This document shows, piece by piece, positions 61,428-64,000 of a DNA stretch of 64,000 bases. Position 1 is the stretch's first letter, and each line of letters begins with the position of its first letter. The notes under the pieces are model-generated. The model was not told where the DNA came from and made no database searches. It saw nothing but the letters and a program-made list of their open reading frames with translations. A program made the translations under genes and the position numbers. This DNA is from Myxococcales bacterium (GTDB taxonomy: Bacteria; Myxococcota_A; Polyangia; Nannocystales; Nannocystaceae), in contig JACKDU010000002.1 in NCBI GenBank assembly GCA_020633335.1, positions 442,730 to 506,729 of the forward strand. The letters run 5' to 3'.

Positions 61428-62200
61428 TCGACTTCTCCGAAAGCGACGGCGTCGGCGAGCTGGTCCTCCGCGCCGAGCCCTGCAACGAGATCGGCACCGC
61501 GATGGTCGCCGCCCTCGAGGGCTTCCTGGACGGGCTCGACGTCGACCGGATCCACACCCTGATCCTGCGCTCGTCGGTGCGCGGGGGCTTCTGCGCCGGC
61601 GCCGACCTCCGCGAGCTCCAGGCCGGCCTCGCCTCGCGCCCGGCGGCCGAGCACGAACCCGCCCTCCGGGCCTTCCTCGACCGGATCCACGCGGTCATGG
61701 ATCGCCTCGACATGCTCCCGGTCACCACCGTGGGCGTGATCCACGGGGTCTGCTTCGGCGGCGGCTTCGAGCTCGCGCTCACCTGCGACGTGCTCATCGC
61801 CGAGAAGAGCGCCCGCTTCTGCTTCCCCGAGCTCCGCCTCGGGATCATCCCGGGCTTCGGCGGGATCCCCCGCCTCCGCCGCGAGGTCGGCGACGCGGTG
61901 ATCCGCGACCTCCTCCTCTCCGGCCGCTCGATCTCCGGCAAGCGCGCCCAGGCCCTCGGCCTCTGCTCGCAGGTCGTCGGCCGCGGCGAGGGCCTCGAGG
62001 CCGCCCGCGCGCTCGCCAGCCAGTCGGGCAAGTTCGACGACTACGCCCGCCGCGCCTGCAAGAAGTTCATCAAGAAGCTCCCGGCCGAGGAGCTCGCCCA
62101 GGAGAAGGAGCTCTTCATCGAGCTCGCGCTCCGGCCCCCCCTCCTCGCCGCCCTCACCAAGTTCGTCGAGAGCACCGACCTCAGGCCCTACCTCCCATGA
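61424..62200 (+). CDS. enoyl-CoA hydratase/isomerase (crotonase) family protein
   Basis: ATGA overlap with the upstream stop. 'GFCAGADLREL' and 'GVCFGGGFELALTCD' are the crotonase oxyanion-hole motifs. Confidence 0.85.
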   Translation: MIDFSESDGVGELVLRAEPCNEIGTAMVAALEGFLDGLDVDRIHTLILRSSVRGGFCAGADLRELQAGLASRPAAEHEPALRAFLDRIHAVMDRLDMLPVTTVGVIHGVCFGGGFELALTCDVLIAEKSARFCFPELRLGIIPGFGGIPRLRREVGDAVIRDLLLSGRSISGKRAQALGLCSQVVGRGEGLEAARALASQSGKFDDYARRACKKFIKKLPAEELAQEKELFIELALRPPLLAALTKFVESTDLRPYLP

Positions 62201-62433
62201 GCAGCGACACCGTCCAGAAACTGATGGCCCTCGCGGCCCGCCAATTCAAGGCCGAGCTCGACAAGCTCCGGCCCGAGGACGACCTCTTCGAGGCCCTCGG
62301 CATCGACTCCTTCCAGGCGGTCGAGCTGATCTCCGAGCTCGAGGACGAATTCGACGTCGAGCTCCCCGACTACGAGCTCCAGGGCGTCAAGACCTTCGCG
62401 GCGCTCGCGGCCAAGATCGACAAGAGGCGCTGA
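62197..62433 (+). CDS. acyl carrier protein (stand-alone)
   Basis: 78 aa. 'LGIDSFQAVELISELEDEF' contains the DS(L/F) phosphopantetheine attachment site. ATGA overlaps on both sides. Confidence 0.75.
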   Translation: MSSDTVQKLMALAARQFKAELDKLRPEDDLFEALGIDSFQAVELISELEDEFDVELPDYELQGVKTFAALAAKIDKRR

Positions 62434-64000
62434 TGCTCGACCTCTCCCGCGTGCAGAGCATCGGCGAGGCGCTCGCCGACGCGACCACCACCTTCAAGTC
62501 GCGCGTCGCCCTCATCGAGGTCGACCGCCACCGCGAGAAGGCCCGCTACACCTTCGCCGAGCTCCGCCGCCTGGCGGAGGGCGTCGCCGCCTACATCCAG
62601 GAGCGCGGCTTCGAGCCCGGCGATCGCTGCGCGATCCTGATGCAGAACCAGTCGAAGTGGCTGATCTCGGCGACCGGCGCCCTCTGGGCCGGCGCGACCC
62701 TGGTCCCCCTCGACTACAAGCTCACCGCCAGCGAGCAGCTCGACCTCATCGCCCACTGCCAGCCGCGGGTGCTGATCACCGAGGCCTCGACCTGGGCCCG
62801 CCTCCGCGAGGAGGGGCGCCCCGAGCTCTTCGAGCGCACCCTCGTGATGGTCACCGAGGCCCCCGACGACATGGCGATCGCGCCCGCCGTCCACTGGCAG
62901 ACCGGCGCCGCCGAGCGCTTCCAGATGCACCCGCGCGGCCGCGATCAGCTCGCCTGCATCGTCTACTCCTCGGGCACCGGCGGCACCCCCAAGGGGTGCA
63001 TGCTCAGCCACGCCAACTACCTCGCGCAGGCCGAGGTGCTCGGCAAGCTCTTCCCGATGGAGGAGGGCGATCGCTTCTTCTCGGTGCTGCCGACCAACCA
63101 CGCGATCGACTTCATGTGCGGCTTCCTCCTCTCGCTGATGATGGGCGGGACGGTGGTCCACCAGCGCACCCTGCGACCGGCCTACCTCGCGTCGACGATG
63201 CAGCGCTACGGGATCACCCAGATCGCGCTGGTGCCGACGATCCTCAAGAACCTCGAGAAGAAGCTCCGCGAGCGCCTCGACGACCTCCCGAAGTGGCAGC
63301 GCCTGGTGATCGACGGGCTCCTCGACATCAACGAGGCGGCGACCCGCCGGCGGCCGAACCACCCGCTCTCGTCGAAGATCCTCAAGCCGCTCCACGATCA
63401 ATTCGGCGGCAAGCTCCGCTTCATCTTCGCCGGCGGCGCCTTCATCGAGCGGAAGACCGCCGACTTCTTCAACCGGATCGGGATCCCGGTGGTGATCGGC
63501 TACGGCCTCACCGAGGCCGGCACCGTCCTCACGGTCAACGATCTCAAGCCCTACCGCGGCGACACGGTCGGCAAGCCGGTCGACGGGACGGAGATCGAGA
63601 TCCGCAGCCCCAACGAGGCCGGGATCGGCGAGGTCTGGGCCCGCGGGCCGACCGTCTTCCAGGGCTACCTCGAGGCCCCCGAGCTCACCGAGGAGGCGCT
63701 CGTCGACGGCTGGCTGCGGACCGGCGACCTCGGGGTGATCGACGCCTCCGGCCACCTCAAGCTGGTCGGCCGGGCGAAGAACATGATCGTCACCGAGGGC
63801 GGCAAGAACGTCTACCCCGAGGACATCGAGGCGCTCCTCGGCGACCTCGACGGCTGCGAGGAGCACGCCGTCTACGCCGCCAACTACATCTGGCCGGCGG
63901 CGACGATGGTCGGCGAGCGCCTCGTCCTGGTGCTCCGGCCGAAGCGCGAGGCCTCTCCCGGCCAGAGCTCGGCCGCCGACGAGGCGATCGCCGCGCTCCG
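62433..64000 (+). CDS. AMP-dependent synthetase/ligase (second acyl-AMP/CoA ligase), 5' partial, continues beyond the window
   Basis: ATG 62433 overlaps the ACP stop. 'IVYSSGTGGTPKGCMLSH', 'GYGLTEAG' and 'GWLRTGDLG' are AMP-binding motifs. The frame stays open to the window end. Confidence 0.8.
   Translation, partial: MLDLSRVQSIGEALADATTTFKSRVALIEVDRHREKARYTFAELRRLAEGVAAYIQERGFEPGDRCAILMQNQSKWLISATGALWAGATLVPLDYKLTASEQLDLIAHCQPRVLITEASTWARLREEGRPELFERTLVMVTEAPDDMAIAPAVHWQTGAAERFQMHPRGRDQLACIVYSSGTGGTPKGCMLSHANYLAQAEVLGKLFPMEEGDRFFSVLPTNHAIDFMCGFLLSLMMGGTVVHQRTLRPAYLASTMQRYGITQIALVPTILKNLEKKLRERLDDLPKWQRLVIDGLLDINEAATRRRPNHPLSSKILKPLHDQFGGKLRFIFAGGAFIERKTADFFNRIGIPVVIGYGLTEAGTVLTVNDLKPYRGDTVGKPVDGTEIEIRSPNEAGIGEVWARGPTVFQGYLEAPELTEEALVDGWLRTGDLGVIDASGHLKLVGRAKNMIVTEGGKNVYPEDIEALLGDLDGCEEHAVYAANYIWPAATMVGERLVLVLRPKREASPGQSSAADEAIAAL

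Overview
The window is 64 kb of about 72% GC DNA that looks like a Myxococcota chromosome. Three things point that way: Myxococcus-type cysteine-rich 'CGDG...EECDDGN' repeats, a MYXO-CTERM-like tail on the first partial gene, and a DUF4388/roadblock protein. Gene density is high on both strands. Many long G/R/A-rich ORFs in the supplied track are antisense 'shadow' frames of real genes and I rejected them.

The main blocks are:
- **1-5 kb:** a TetR regulator with a Coq4-like partner, and a very large secreted propeller/barrel protein.
- **5-16 kb (minus strand):** a conserved rpoN-hpf-hprK-rapZ-EIIA(Man)-ptsH-ptsI regulatory PTS cluster, then pyrG, a biotin carboxylase, and an rpoZ with a long acidic tail.
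- **19-26 kb:** a clear cobalamin riboswitch driving a BtuB-like TonB-dependent receptor, two tandem paralogous lipoproteins of unknown function, a BtuF-like binding protein and a BtuC-like permease. No ATPase follows.
- **26-29.5 kb:** two divergently transcribed putative peptidoglycan hydrolases (M15/DUF882-like, SLT-like) around a lower-GC region with repeated ACATGTC motifs.
- **29-50 kb:** housekeeping and envelope genes (fabH, OmpA, M28-PDZ peptidase, sucCD, acyltransferases/epimerases, lspA-lgt-lspA, pgsA, a lytic transglycosylase, nadB, carD).
- **55-64 kb:** a tightly overlapping operon of fatty acyl-CoA reductase, thioester reductase, a pyruvyl-transferase-family protein, two acyl-AMP/CoA ligases, a crotonase and a stand-alone ACP. 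This looks like an uncharacterised lipid-tail (fatty alcohol, aldehyde or ether-lipid-like) pathway.

I found no rRNA, tRNA, CRISPR array or obvious mobile element. Everything here comes from reading the sequence and translations by eye, with no searches run.
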